32,648 nt of DNA from contig JAWBPP010000005.1 in NCBI GenBank assembly GCA_038824715.1, forward strand, positions 1 through 32,648, given 5' to 3'. Positions within the stretch are counted from its first letter, which is position 1, and the number at the start of each line of letters is the position of its first letter. Positions 17,942 through 27,116 of this stretch are shown here, piece after piece. Source of the stretch: Candidatus Anstonellaceae archaeon (GTDB lineage: Archaea > Micrarchaeota > Micrarchaeia > Anstonellales > Anstonellaceae). The notes under the pieces are model-generated. The model did no database searches. It saw only the letters and a list, made by a program, of their open reading frames with translations, and had not been told where the DNA came from. The position numbers were made by a program, and so were the translations under genes.

Positions 17942-18015
17942 CTTTCTGGCAATTCATGTCGTTAAGGATGTATTAATAATCTTGCACACCACTACTAGTA
18001 GAGCAATGTGGCTTT

Positions 18016-18783
18016 ATGGCGGGCAAGGCGCTAAGACAGCTTTCTGAGGCAGGGCTTACCGAGGGCGAGGCGAGAGTATATCTTGCTCTTTTGGAGCTTG
18101 GGCCTTCCACAACAGGCCCCATCGTCGAAAAGTCGGGCGTGGCAAGGTCGATAATATATCAAATACTCGAAAGGCTGGCGCAGAAGGGGCTGGTTTCCTC
18201 TGTTACGAAGGAGAAAACCGCTTATTTCCAGGCAGCGCAGCCCGACAGGCTGCTTGAGTATATGGAGGAGAGGCAGAAAGGGCTGGAGGAAAGCAAGCGC
18301 AAGCTGCAGGAGCTGCTCCCGAAACTGGCTGGGATGCAGACAAGCGCAAAGGAGAGCGAGGTGCAGGTATTCACAGGCTTTAGGGGCATGATTTCTGTGC
18401 ACGAGCACACTTACCAGAAATTGGCAAAGGGCGAGGAATACTTTTTCTTCGGGATTCCGCAGGAGCAGCCCAAGCACTATCATGCTTATTGGCAGAGGGA
18501 CCATATTCGAAGAGCGAGAGCTGGAATTCGCTGCAAGCTGCTATTTCACCCTAAAACCCCCAGAGAGGTGCTGAAGAATCGCAACTCATATGCTGGCTGC
18601 GACGCTAGATACATGCCGATAGAGGTGAATACGCCGGCATGGTTCATGGGCTACAAGAATGTCGCTGTGATTGGGTTTGCCTCGGAAAGCCCGATAACGA
18701 TTGAAATTGTGAACCGGCAGGTAGCAGACTCGTTCCGCTCCTATTTTGAGGAGTTTTGGAAGGACAGCACGAGATTCAAGTAG
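18016..18783 (+). CDS. TrmB-family transcriptional regulator
   Basis: GLTEGEARVYLALLELG...IYQILERLAQKGLV winged HTH plus a PLD-like effector domain ending FRSYFEEFWK. Confidence 0.92.
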   Translation: MAGKALRQLSEAGLTEGEARVYLALLELGPSTTGPIVEKSGVARSIIYQILERLAQKGLVSSVTKEKTAYFQAAQPDRLLEYMEERQKGLEESKRKLQELLPKLAGMQTSAKESEVQVFTGFRGMISVHEHTYQKLAKGEEYFFFGIPQEQPKHYHAYWQRDHIRRARAGIRCKLLFHPKTPREVLKNRNSYAGCDARYMPIEVNTPAWFMGYKNVAVIGFASESPITIEIVNRQVADSFRSYFEEFWKDSTRFK

Positions 18784-18786
18784 TAC

Positions 18787-19560
18787 TCATTTCCTCTCGA
18801 AAAAGCTGCCCACCTTTTCCCGCATATTCACTGCGAACTCCCTGCCGCCTTCGGACTTGAAAAGGAGTATTTCGCCTTTTGCGCCAAGTATTTCACCCAA
18901 GATTGAGCCTGTTTCTTGGGGAGAGTGGATGCGAGGATAGTGGGAAGAAAAGTCGAGAGGATGCGCTGAAAAATCAGGCAAGACTCCGGAAGAGCGAACC
19001 ATCTCCACTTGCGACTTGAAGTTTTCCCATGCCGCGGACTTGTCGAATACGAGCCTGCGGAGCTTCTGCGCTATCCGGACGGAATTGTTGAAGGAAAAGC
19101 GTGACTGGAGGGATTGTTCTGCGCCGTATACCTCATCCGGGCCTGTGAAGGCGGCGATTATGCAGCCGAAGTCAGCGCCCTGTTCCCTCATCCTTTCCTT
19201 GAAGCGCTCTTTCCTTGTGACTCCGCACTTGACTATGTCCTCGCCAAAGCCTGCAAGGTAAAGGCAGTATTCCTCCTTTTTCGCCTCTTCGTATAGGGAG
19301 GGGTAGCCTGAAAAGTCGCCAACCGTGTACGCCTTTGCCATGTCGCGGAAGGCGCACGAGGGGCATTGCTTTATGTGCACTGCGCCGTTCACGCACTGGC
19401 AGTAACCGTCTGGCGTGCGGAATCCGATGCAGGCTTTGCGGTCCGAGAAGGTTATGTCTTCAGATGCCCCAAGCTCTGTTGGAACGACTTCCCCGTCTTG
19501 CCAGTGGAGAAAGGTCGGCTTTCCTTCGCCAGAATAGAAACGGATAAGGTGAGGAAGCAT
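18787..19560 (-). CDS. DUF2797-like protein
   Basis: Cys cluster (ACIG...CQC...QCPSC), LYLAGFG..VKCGVT..RMREQGA and GEILGAKGEILL. Confidence 0.75.
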   Translation of the reverse strand: MLPHLIRFYSGEGKPTFLHWQDGEVVPTELGASEDITFSDRKACIGFRTPDGYCQCVNGAVHIKQCPSCAFRDMAKAYTVGDFSGYPSLYEEAKKEEYCLYLAGFGEDIVKCGVTRKERFKERMREQGADFGCIIAAFTGPDEVYGAEQSLQSRFSFNNSVRIAQKLRRLVFDKSAAWENFKSQVEMVRSSGVLPDFSAHPLDFSSHYPRIHSPQETGSILGEILGAKGEILLFKSEGGREFAVNMREKVGSFFERK

Positions 19561-19656
19561 GGCAAGGTTTGCGTTCGAGGCGGTTTATATAGATTCGCGA
19601 ACCTGCCTGCCGGTGGCAATTTTAATGTTGCTACCCGAAATTTTGACGGTGGAACC

Positions 19657-20844
19657 ATGAAATTCGACGATTACTTGAAAAGCGAAGTGGATTCCCTACG
19701 CGAGAAGGGGCTGGAATGGAAGGTTCGGACTCTTGACGGCCCGTCCGTTCCGCGGGCGAACGTAGCTGGAAAAGGCGTAATCATGCTCTGCTCCAACAAT
19801 TACCTTGGCTTGTCTATGCACCCGAAGCTGAAAGATGCTGCCATTAAGGCAGTGCAGACGCATGGCGCAGGCTCAGGCTCGGTGCGGGTGATTGCTGGCA
19901 CGCAGGACTTGCACCTGAAGCTTGAGAAGGCGATTGCGAGATTCAAGCACACACAGGCAGCACTTTATTTCCAGACAGGCTTTGCGGCAAACCAAGGGAG
20001 CATACCGTGCTTGTCAGGCGAGGGAGATTTGCTGATTTCTGATGAGCTGAACCACGGCTCGATTATCGACGGAGTGCGGCTCTCGAAAGCTGAAAGGGCG
20101 ATTTACAAGCACAAAAACATGGAGGATTTGGAGCGTGTGCTTCGCGAGGCGAAGGCGAAGAATTACAAGCGGATTTTCGTGATAACTGACGGCGTGTTTT
20201 CAATGGATGGCGACATTGCCCCTCTCGACAAGATAGAAAAAATAGCGCACGAGCACGATGCAGTCATTTATGTGGATGACGCGCATGGAGACGGAGTGCT
20301 GGGCGAGCATGGGAGGGGGATTGTGTCGCATTTCAAGCTTGAGGGGAAAATTGAGATTGAGATGGGCACATTCTCCAAGGGCTTTGGGGTGGTTGGCGGG
20401 TATGTGGCAGGCTCGCAGGCACTTTACGACTATCTGCAGAACAAGGCAAGAAGCTTTTTGCTTTCCGGCTCTGCCCCGCCTGCGACTGTGGCAGCTTGCA
20501 CTGCCGCAATTGAGCTTCTCGAAAGCGATGATTCACTGGTGAAAAAATTGTGGGAGAACACAAAATACTTCAAGGGACAGCTTAAGGCGATGGGCTTTGA
20601 CACAGGAGAGAGCGAAACACCTATTACCCCAATAATGCTTGGGGAGAGCAAATTGGCGCAGGACTTTGCTGGCAAGCTGTTTGAGGAGGGCGTGTTTGCC
20701 CTGCCGATTGTTTATCCCATGGTGGCGCAGGGGAAGGCGCGCATTAGGACGATGGTTACTGCCGCGCACACAAAGGAGGACTTGGACACTGCGCTTTCTG
20801 CAATCGAAAAGGTTGGCAAAAAACTTGGAGTTGGGAAGAAGTAA
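19657..20844 (+). CDS. kbl: Glycine C-acetyltransferase (2-amino-3-ketobutyrate CoA ligase) / BioF-family PLP enzyme
   Basis: CSNNYLGL, GAGSGSVRVIAGT, SDELNHGSIIDG, DGVFSMDGD, VDDAHG, GTFSKGFG (PLP Lys), ARIRTM. True start MKFDDY at 19657. Confidence 0.88.
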   Translation: MKFDDYLKSEVDSLREKGLEWKVRTLDGPSVPRANVAGKGVIMLCSNNYLGLSMHPKLKDAAIKAVQTHGAGSGSVRVIAGTQDLHLKLEKAIARFKHTQAALYFQTGFAANQGSIPCLSGEGDLLISDELNHGSIIDGVRLSKAERAIYKHKNMEDLERVLREAKAKNYKRIFVITDGVFSMDGDIAPLDKIEKIAHEHDAVIYVDDAHGDGVLGEHGRGIVSHFKLEGKIEIEMGTFSKGFGVVGGYVAGSQALYDYLQNKARSFLLSGSAPPATVAACTAAIELLESDDSLVKKLWENTKYFKGQLKAMGFDTGESETPITPIMLGESKLAQDFAGKLFEEGVFALPIVYPMVAQGKARIRTMVTAAHTKEDLDTALSAIEKVGKKLGVGKK

Positions 20845-20891
20845 TAAGCGAGATGAACTTACGAATTGGAAAAATTTGGAGTTGGCAAAAA

Positions 20892-21665
20892 ATGAAACCC
20901 AAGAAGACCAAGGCTCAGCTTGAAGAGTTTTCGAAAAAAGTGCAGCAGCACATGGATTCCGAGAGGAAAAACGTGCAGGCAGAGGCGCTTTCTGACGTTA
21001 TTTTGGGCGGGCAGGACGGGCTTGTCAATGTCATGGGAATTGTCCTTGGTGTTGCATCTGCTACAAGCGACAAGTTCATCGTTCTTGTGGCAGGGCTCGT
21101 AGCCACTTTTGCGGAGTCCATTTCCATGGCCGCAGTTGCATACACTTCGGTCCGGGCTGAGCAGGACCATTACAGGCGCGAGCTTGAGCAGGAGAAATGG
21201 GAAATAGAGCATGTGCCAGAAGTAGAGGAAGAGGAGATAAGGCTTATTTACATGAGAAAGGGCTTCCGCGGCAAGGAGCTTGAGAACCTTGTGAAGAGTA
21301 TTACATCGAACAAGGAGCTTTGGCTTTCCACTATGATGAGCGAGGAGCTGGGCTTGCCCCCACTTGAAACGCAGAACCCAACGCGCGCAGCAGTGATCGT
21401 GGGCGTATCTGCAGTGATAGGTTCTCTTGTGCCCCTTGCCCCTTTCCTTTTCTTCGGAGTAGGTGAATCGATAGTCTACTCGCTTATTCTAGGAACGCTT
21501 GTGCTTTTTGCAGTCGGGGCTTACAAAGCGAAAATAACTGTAGGCAAGTGGTGGAAGTCTGGGATAGAGATGGCTGCCGTTGGCATGGTGGCAGCGCTTG
21601 CGGGCTGGATAGTTGGCAAATTCCTTGGCGATTGGTTCGGGCTCAAGCAGGTTCCTACTGGATAG
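20892..21665 (+). CDS. VIT1/CCC1 family Fe/Mn transporter
   Basis: LSDVILGGQDGLV, AESISMA, E-rich cytosolic domain, MMSEELG and GSLVPLAPF. Start 20892 (alternative 20853). Confidence 0.92.
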   Translation: MKPKKTKAQLEEFSKKVQQHMDSERKNVQAEALSDVILGGQDGLVNVMGIVLGVASATSDKFIVLVAGLVATFAESISMAAVAYTSVRAEQDHYRRELEQEKWEIEHVPEVEEEEIRLIYMRKGFRGKELENLVKSITSNKELWLSTMMSEELGLPPLETQNPTRAAVIVGVSAVIGSLVPLAPFLFFGVGESIVYSLILGTLVLFAVGAYKAKITVGKWWKSGIEMAAVGMVAALAGWIVGKFLGDWFGLKQVPTG

Positions 21666-21711
21666 AAGACAGGTTCTGGGCAAGTGGCTCTGGCTTGAAG
21701 CAAGTGCCTAC

Positions 21712-23358
21712 TTAAGGAGAATCTTTCTTCTGCTGCAGCTGCTCCAATTTCCTGTCTATTTTCTTTTCAGCTTCCAGCCGCTCCAAGCCATACGAGCCGT
21801 AATCCACAAATTTCATTCCAGAAGCAAGCAGCGGATGAGCTTTTGAGACAAGCGAGTGCATATCCTGCGCAACCTTCCTGTAGTCGGCATGCCCCTGCCG
21901 CATGGAGCGAAGCTCTGCCAGATGGTAAACTTCGCGCAGGTTCATTTTGGCATACCAGCGCATGCGGCAGCCCAAGGGAACTACGTATTGCGCCTCGTAG
22001 GGCATGGAAACGGAAAGCCGCGAGTAAAGCGAGTCTGCTGCAGAGATCGCCTCCATTACTTCCCCATCAAACCCGGCATCAACCAATTCCTGCGGCATGT
22101 CAAAACCGTGCTTTGTTGTAAGAAGCTGCCTCTCCTGCGTGAGCATCCTGTGCCTGTGCAAGTCGCGGTACATACCGAAATTGCCTGTTATGCAGAAAGT
22201 ATAATCGACTGACTCGAACGCACGGCCTGGCTTTTGCCGCCGGTTCTGCCTGTTGCCCATGTATGCTAGAATGAGCTGCTTTTTCTCTTCCGCAGGCATT
22301 TTTGCAACGAGTGATTTTATTTCGGATGATTTTGCGTGCAGGTGCGAAAAAAGGATGGCTGCGGCCACTTTGTTTTCGGCAGTTTCGTTTTGGTCGCATT
22401 CCACAAGTTCAACGTGCGCGGCATCTTGCGAAGCTGAAGCTTGTGCCGCATATTTGGATGCAAGCGCCGCTATTGCATTCCTATTCGCAGCAAAATAATC
22501 CTGCATTTCCTTTCCGTATTTGTCGTCAGCCCTCTTCACGAATGAGGGGATGACTTTTGCAAGCTCTGCATGGATTGACTTTGCCACGCTTCGCGATTCT
22601 GCAAGAGGATGGGAATACATTTTCACGAGCAAGTATTCGAACGCCCGGCCGTTGCCGAAAAAGCCCGAGTTGGTAAGCGTTGCAGCAGGAAGGATGCCTC
22701 GCAGTATGTCGCAGACTTTTGCGCGGATAGTGGATGCGTATGCGCGCTCGCTTGTCTTTTCGTCTCGGGGATTTTTCTCCTGCTCTATTTTCGTCATCTT
22801 TGGCACAAGCGAAGCGTAAGTGTCGAAGAGCAAATCGCAGACTCGAACGTATTCGTCGGCGAATTCGGATTGCATTACCCTCTCTTCGCGCAGGTAGCGG
22901 TATTTCCCGTCTTCCTTCTGGTCAAAATAAACGTAGCGGGTGGATTTTTCGAGTGGAGAGATGCCTATGCGCGAGTCCTGCATTATTTTTGTGGCAAGAT
23001 TGGAGATGTTTTCCGCAGCGAGGTGCGCCCCTCCCAATTCAGCGACAGAGTCATCCCCGTAGCCAACGAGAACTCGGTCGTAGAATTCTTCTGCCTTCTT
23101 TGTAGCCACGAGCTGGGATTCGCCCCTCCTTGCGGCTTCGCCCACAATTGCATCAAAACCAGATTCAGGATTCTGTATGAATTCTTCGAGAAGGACGCGA
23201 CGAAGCGACTTGGGCGTGCGCGAATAGCGGGAGAAAAGCGCGCCTTTCACCACTTCTGGAAGGTTGAGGAGAACAAAACAATCCGAGTCCACGCTTGAGC
23301 AGAATTGCGAAAGAATCGCGCGCTCCTTTTCAGTGAAGTTTTCAGGCACCGGCCACAC
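21712..23358 (-). CDS. thyX: FAD-dependent thymidylate synthase, tandem-domain ThyX
   Basis: ALFSRYSR, GYGDDSVAEL, SPLEKSTRY, LRGILPAATLTN, YRDLHRHR and NLREVYHLAELR; 548 aa double-length form. Confidence 0.88.
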   Translation of the reverse strand: MWPVPENFTEKERAILSQFCSSVDSDCFVLLNLPEVVKGALFSRYSRTPKSLRRVLLEEFIQNPESGFDAIVGEAARRGESQLVATKKAEEFYDRVLVGYGDDSVAELGGAHLAAENISNLATKIMQDSRIGISPLEKSTRYVYFDQKEDGKYRYLREERVMQSEFADEYVRVCDLLFDTYASLVPKMTKIEQEKNPRDEKTSERAYASTIRAKVCDILRGILPAATLTNSGFFGNGRAFEYLLVKMYSHPLAESRSVAKSIHAELAKVIPSFVKRADDKYGKEMQDYFAANRNAIAALASKYAAQASASQDAAHVELVECDQNETAENKVAAAILFSHLHAKSSEIKSLVAKMPAEEKKQLILAYMGNRQNRRQKPGRAFESVDYTFCITGNFGMYRDLHRHRMLTQERQLLTTKHGFDMPQELVDAGFDGEVMEAISAADSLYSRLSVSMPYEAQYVVPLGCRMRWYAKMNLREVYHLAELRSMRQGHADYRKVAQDMHSLVSKAHPLLASGMKFVDYGSYGLERLEAEKKIDRKLEQLQQKKDSP

Positions 23359-23439
23359 CAGAGAGGTTCGGATAAGTGTAGTTTAAAACCCTTCTCATCC
23401 GTAAAAATGCGCCCATTTTTATCTTTAGGAGGTGGGGCA

Positions 23440-23664
23440 ATGGCAGAGAAAAGACCGTTTGACATACTAAACGGAGCATTGAACAACAACGTGGTCGTCG
23501 GGCTCAAAGGCGGGCGCGATATGCGCGGACTGATGGTCTCCTACGACGTGCACATGAACATCGTGCTTGAGAAGGCAGAGGAGCTCGTGAATGGAGAGGT
23601 CAAGCGCGGGATTGGCACAGTGCTCCTTCGCGGAGACTCGGTCGTCTATATTTCCCCGGCCTGA
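23440..23664 (+). CDS. Sm-like archaeal protein (SmAP1/Lsm)
   Basis: RPFDIL, GLMVSYDVHMNIVL (Sm1) and LLRGDSVVYISP (Sm2); GGAGGTGG RBS. Confidence 0.95.
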   Translation: MAEKRPFDILNGALNNNVVVGLKGGRDMRGLMVSYDVHMNIVLEKAEELVNGEVKRGIGTVLLRGDSVVYISPA

Positions 23665-23709
23665 TTTCCTTCTTTTTTCTTTCCGCATTTTTGCAAACTG
23701 CCGCTTTTC

Positions 23710-23829
23710 GGGCTTGTGGCGCAACGGTAGCGCGCCTGCATGGCACAGCCCTTTCGTCGTGCGAAAGGGCGCGACGGAGCATGGGCTCCGGAGTGCAGGA
23801 GGCTGGGGGTTCGAATCCCCCCGAGTCCA
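23710..23829 (+). tRNA. tRNA-Ala(GGC) with a 48-nt intron at 37/38 (23746-23793)
   Basis: Acceptor GGGCTTG/CGAGTCC with the G3:U70 Ala determinant; CCTGC-AT GGC A^T-GCAGG with A32-U38; relaxed BHB closed by AGCCC/GGGCT. Confidence 0.92.
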
Positions 23830-23899
23830 TTCCGTAGGGGGCAGAGCTTTCCCGCGAATCCCCCTGACGGTTCATCCCCAGAAGGAAACCCTAATTCTC

Positions 23900-25171
23900 T
23901 TAGTGCCGATATAATGATACTGTGGCTTGCCCAAAGGAGAGCGAGTCCAGCCAGATTTCATATGTCCTGCCGTATTTGTCCTTGGTGAGGAAAGGCAGGT
24001 CTTTCCTCGCAATTCCAAAGTCGGTGACATAGCCGTCCTCGTCCAGAACCTCGATCGCAGCAGTCAAATCGGCTGCGTTCGTGTACCAGCTGTCCTTTAG
24101 CCTGAGAGAAAATTCGCGTTCTGTCATAACTGAACCATAACTTGGGAGCGTAAGCTTCTCTACAAAGGAAGTGGACTTGTTCTGCTTCCAGTTCTGTGCA
24201 GAATATAGCCTTTTTGCCTGCGGGCTTCCAGAGCCTGCATTGGTTACCCTCAGGCTTGCATATTTCACACCTGAACTTTGACCGACTCCCCCGCCCTCGT
24301 TGTAGATTGCGTATTTGCCTCCGCTTGGAGCGGAGAAAATATATGCGTGGCTTTGGGGGATTTTCGCCTTGTCAAGCACTACGCCGTTTGAGTCCAGAAT
24401 GCTGACAAGTGCTGTGCTTGTTCCTGCATCCGAATATTTGTTCAAGTCGTCAAAACGCACCAGGAAATTCTTTGCGTCAAGAATCTGCGTGTTGTCGAGT
24501 AGCCCGCGTGACACCTGCGAGCCCAAGAGAGAGGAGTATTCCATTTTTCCCAAAGTGTCGTCACCTATGAAATCTGCGTAGAGCGACTTGAGGAAGCGGT
24601 TGTCCCCTTCCTCTTCTTTGGCTTCAAGCACAAAGACCTTTGCCCATTTCTTTTGTATGTCCATGCCGCCGCCGGTCATGGACACGTAGAGCCAGAATTT
24701 CCTTCCTGAAGGGGAAACGTATGAGATTGGGCTTCCCGGGAGAGCTTGCGCTGCTTTTTTCGAAATCTCGCCAGTCGGCGTTTTGGCTGTCAGGAATGCG
24801 AGCTGCGTTTCATGAGCAGCAATGTCCTCGAGCCAAACCGAGCCTTCGGAAAAATCAATCCCCTGCCCCATGTCAAGAAGCCCATACTTGTAAATTGAAG
24901 GCGCTGGCTTTGGCGCTGGCGCAGGAGTGGTATTTTGCGCAGGAGGATTTGCAGGCGGGGCTGAAGGAAGGTCTGCACTGGGAGAAGGCGGCGATTGGGC
25001 GGGCGTACCTGCTGGCGGCGCTGGAGGGAGCTCGTTGTCATCAGGCTGAGGAGGGCTAGAGGGGTTGATTGCCGGAGAAGCTGGAGGCTCGCTTCCTTGC
25101 CCGAGAAGCGAATCCACGCATCCAAAAAGAAGAAGGGAAACCGCAATCATCGAAAGCAACCAGAACTTCAT
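23900..25171 (-). CDS. Surface lipoprotein-like protein with a Pro-rich linker and three repeated beta domains
   Basis: MKFWLLSMIAVSLLLFGC lipobox-like signal, about 65-aa Pro-rich stalk and three similar domains (x-RL/F-xD...A..IL D..G...SGxKY). Confidence 0.82.
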   Translation of the reverse strand: MKFWLLSMIAVSLLLFGCVDSLLGQGSEPPASPAINPSSPPQPDDNELPPAPPAGTPAQSPPSPSADLPSAPPANPPAQNTTPAPAPKPAPSIYKYGLLDMGQGIDFSEGSVWLEDIAAHETQLAFLTAKTPTGEISKKAAQALPGSPISYVSPSGRKFWLYVSMTGGGMDIQKKWAKVFVLEAKEEEGDNRFLKSLYADFIGDDTLGKMEYSSLLGSQVSRGLLDNTQILDAKNFLVRFDDLNKYSDAGTSTALVSILDSNGVVLDKAKIPQSHAYIFSAPSGGKYAIYNEGGGVGQSSGVKYASLRVTNAGSGSPQAKRLYSAQNWKQNKSTSFVEKLTLPSYGSVMTEREFSLRLKDSWYTNAADLTAAIEVLDEDGYVTDFGIARKDLPFLTKDKYGRTYEIWLDSLSFGQATVSLYRH

Positions 25172-25229
25172 TTGACCACCACAAAATGAAGGAGTGCGTG
25201 ATTTAAATCAATTCTGCCATAAGAGAGGC

Positions 25230-25409
25230 ATGATGGAAAGAATCAAGGCATTTTTCGCAAAGCCTGGTCATTCTTATTTTTTCCTCGGAGGGCTGTGGGG
25301 GCTTGCAGCAATCCCATGCGTGTGCCCTGCTTGCCTCGTCGGGCCTGCGGCAGTTGCGGGAAGGGGCGTGCTTGAGCACATACCTTTCTGGAAGAAAAAG
25401 ACTGGCTGA
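25230..25409 (+). CDS. Small hydrophobic Cys-motif protein (59 aa)
   Basis: GAGAGG RBS before ATG 25230 and TTTAAAT upstream; hydrophobic core with PCVCPAC. Confidence 0.6.
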   Translation: MMERIKAFFAKPGHSYFFLGGLWGLAAIPCVCPACLVGPAAVAGRGVLEHIPFWKKKTG

Positions 25410-25423
25410 AGGACATGCCCTAT

Positions 25424-26704
25424 TCAGGCGAGGAACGTCTGGTAAAGGAGATAGATATTAAAGAGGATTATTACGAGCGCAAGCGCTGCTGCCGCATATG
25501 TCGTGGATCTCCTGTTTGCAAATTCGCCCATCACATCCTTTTTGGCAGTGTAGTAGATGAGAGGGAGCAATGGGAGAGGGATGAGCAGGCTGAGTATGAC
25601 CTGGCTTATTACGAGTATTTGCAATGGCTCGATTTGGAAGTGGATCGCGAAGAGTATTGGAATGAGATTCACCACACGCGTGATAAGCCTTCTTGCCGTG
25701 GCACCAAGCTTGAAATCAGTCAGCGTTTCCATTATGCTTTGGCCAGAAAGAGTTCCGGTTATCGATGAAGAAATTCCGGCTGAGAGGAGGGCAACTGCAA
25801 AGACTATGGAGGCCAGAGAGCCGAAGAGAGGGGAAAGAGTCCTGTAAGCCTCGTCGATTGTTGCGACAGCTATGCCTCGCTGGTAAAATGCCGCGGCAGA
25901 CATTATGAGGATTGCAGCGTTCACAAGGCTTGCTATTGCAAGCGACAGGATTACGTCGGTCCGGTGGAAGATGAGGAGCCTGCGCTTGTCAGGAGCGCCA
26001 TTCTTCCCGTTGTAATTTTCCTCAATCTTGTTTTTCATGAGCCACGAGTGCACGAAAAGCGCATGCGGCATGACAGTGGCACCGATTATGCCTACAACAA
26101 GAAGGGCTGTTTCAGCAGAGAGGCTCGGTTTGAACGAGAATGAAATGACTGATGCTATGTCGGGCTGCGTGATTGCTATTTCATAAACGTAGCCAATGCC
26201 GATTACCGAAACAAAGAGTATGAATGCGTATTCCAGCACACGGAAGCGCTTGCTTGTGAGGTGGATGAGAAGAAAAATGTCTGCAACCGCAAGGAAAGCT
26301 CCAATTGCGTATGGGACACCAAACAGCAAGTTCAGAGCTACCACTATTCCCAAAAACTCGGCAAGGTCGGTTGCCAGTATAGCAAGCTCGGCAAGCAGCC
26401 AGTAGCTAAAGACAAGCCGCTTGTCCTGCCATCGCTGCCTAACCAGATCGCCTATGGTGTGCCCGGCTATGCCGAGTTTCCCTGAAAGATATTGGAAAAG
26501 CATTGCAGCGCCGCTAGAGAACCAGATTGCCCAAAGCAGCAGGTAATTGTATTGTGCGCCTGCGGAAATAGATGTCCCCCAGTTTCCCGGGTCCATGTAA
26601 GCCACACTGACAATGAGGCCTGTCCCGAAAAACATCCAGAAGCGCTTGTCTGAAAGCGCGTACACGGACTCCAGCGCCGAGAATAGTCTTGATTTCAAAG
26701 ACAT
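25424..26704 (-). CDS. mntH: Nramp-family divalent metal (Mn2+/Fe2+) transporter
   Basis: VAYMDPGNW, TDLAEFLG, GATVMPHALFVHS and SSSITGTLSGQ signatures. Confidence 0.96.
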   Translation of the reverse strand: MSLKSRLFSALESVYALSDKRFWMFFGTGLIVSVAYMDPGNWGTSISAGAQYNYLLLWAIWFSSGAAMLFQYLSGKLGIAGHTIGDLVRQRWQDKRLVFSYWLLAELAILATDLAEFLGIVVALNLLFGVPYAIGAFLAVADIFLLIHLTSKRFRVLEYAFILFVSVIGIGYVYEIAITQPDIASVISFSFKPSLSAETALLVVGIIGATVMPHALFVHSWLMKNKIEENYNGKNGAPDKRRLLIFHRTDVILSLAIASLVNAAILIMSAAAFYQRGIAVATIDEAYRTLSPLFGSLASIVFAVALLSAGISSSITGTLSGQSIMETLTDFKLGATARRLITRVVNLIPILFAIHFQIEPLQILVISQVILSLLIPLPLLPLIYYTAKKDVMGEFANRRSTTYAAAALALVIILFNIYLLYQTFLA

Positions 26705-26714
26705 GAAGATACCT

Positions 26715-27113
26715 TTACTCCACTATTGGCGAACCGTGCGGGTCGTATTTCGGCTTGCCCATCATGGCATAGATCCGCTTGACAGCGTCATCAGAGATTG
26801 CGTGCTCGAGCCGCGACGCCTCATCATGTATCCTATCGATGGGCATCCGCAGCTTTTCTGACAAGAAATACTCCAGTACGCGGTGGCGGAAGGTCATCTT
26901 CCGGGCTATGGACGCGCCTTTACTTGTTAGAGTAGCGGGCGCGTATTTCTTCGCCTTGACAAACCCGTTCTTCCCGAGGGAGGCAAGCATTTCGGATACG
27001 CCTGCCTTTGAGATTCCCAGGTAGCGGGCAAGCTCTGATGCGCGCGCCTGCCCGTTTTTCTGCTGCAGGTAGTAGAATGCACGCAAGTATTCTTCGGCAG
27101 TCTCGCTTCCCAT
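26715..27113 (-). CDS. DtxR/MntR-family metal-dependent repressor
   Basis: EEYLRAFY, HTH, LTSKG, FRHRVLEYFL, EASRLEHAIS and DPHGSPI. Confidence 0.94.
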   Translation of the reverse strand: MGSETAEEYLRAFYYLQQKNGQARASELARYLGISKAGVSEMLASLGKNGFVKAKKYAPATLTSKGASIARKMTFRHRVLEYFLSEKLRMPIDRIHDEASRLEHAISDDAVKRIYAMMGKPKYDPHGSPIVE

Positions 27114-27116
27114 GCT

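Noticed and set aside
19366-19656. 97-aa N-terminal extension of Kbl
   Set aside because: It overlaps the divergent DUF2797 gene and its promoter; family similarity starts at MKFDDY.
23832-23870. sRNA or riboswitch downstream of tRNA-Ala
   Set aside because: Only one hairpin (CCGTAGGGG/CCCCTGACGG); the C-like and D-like boxes lie on opposite strands.
24900-25100. GC-rich repetitive stretch as a tandem repeat or array
   Set aside because: Explained by Pro/Ala codons of the lipoprotein stalk.
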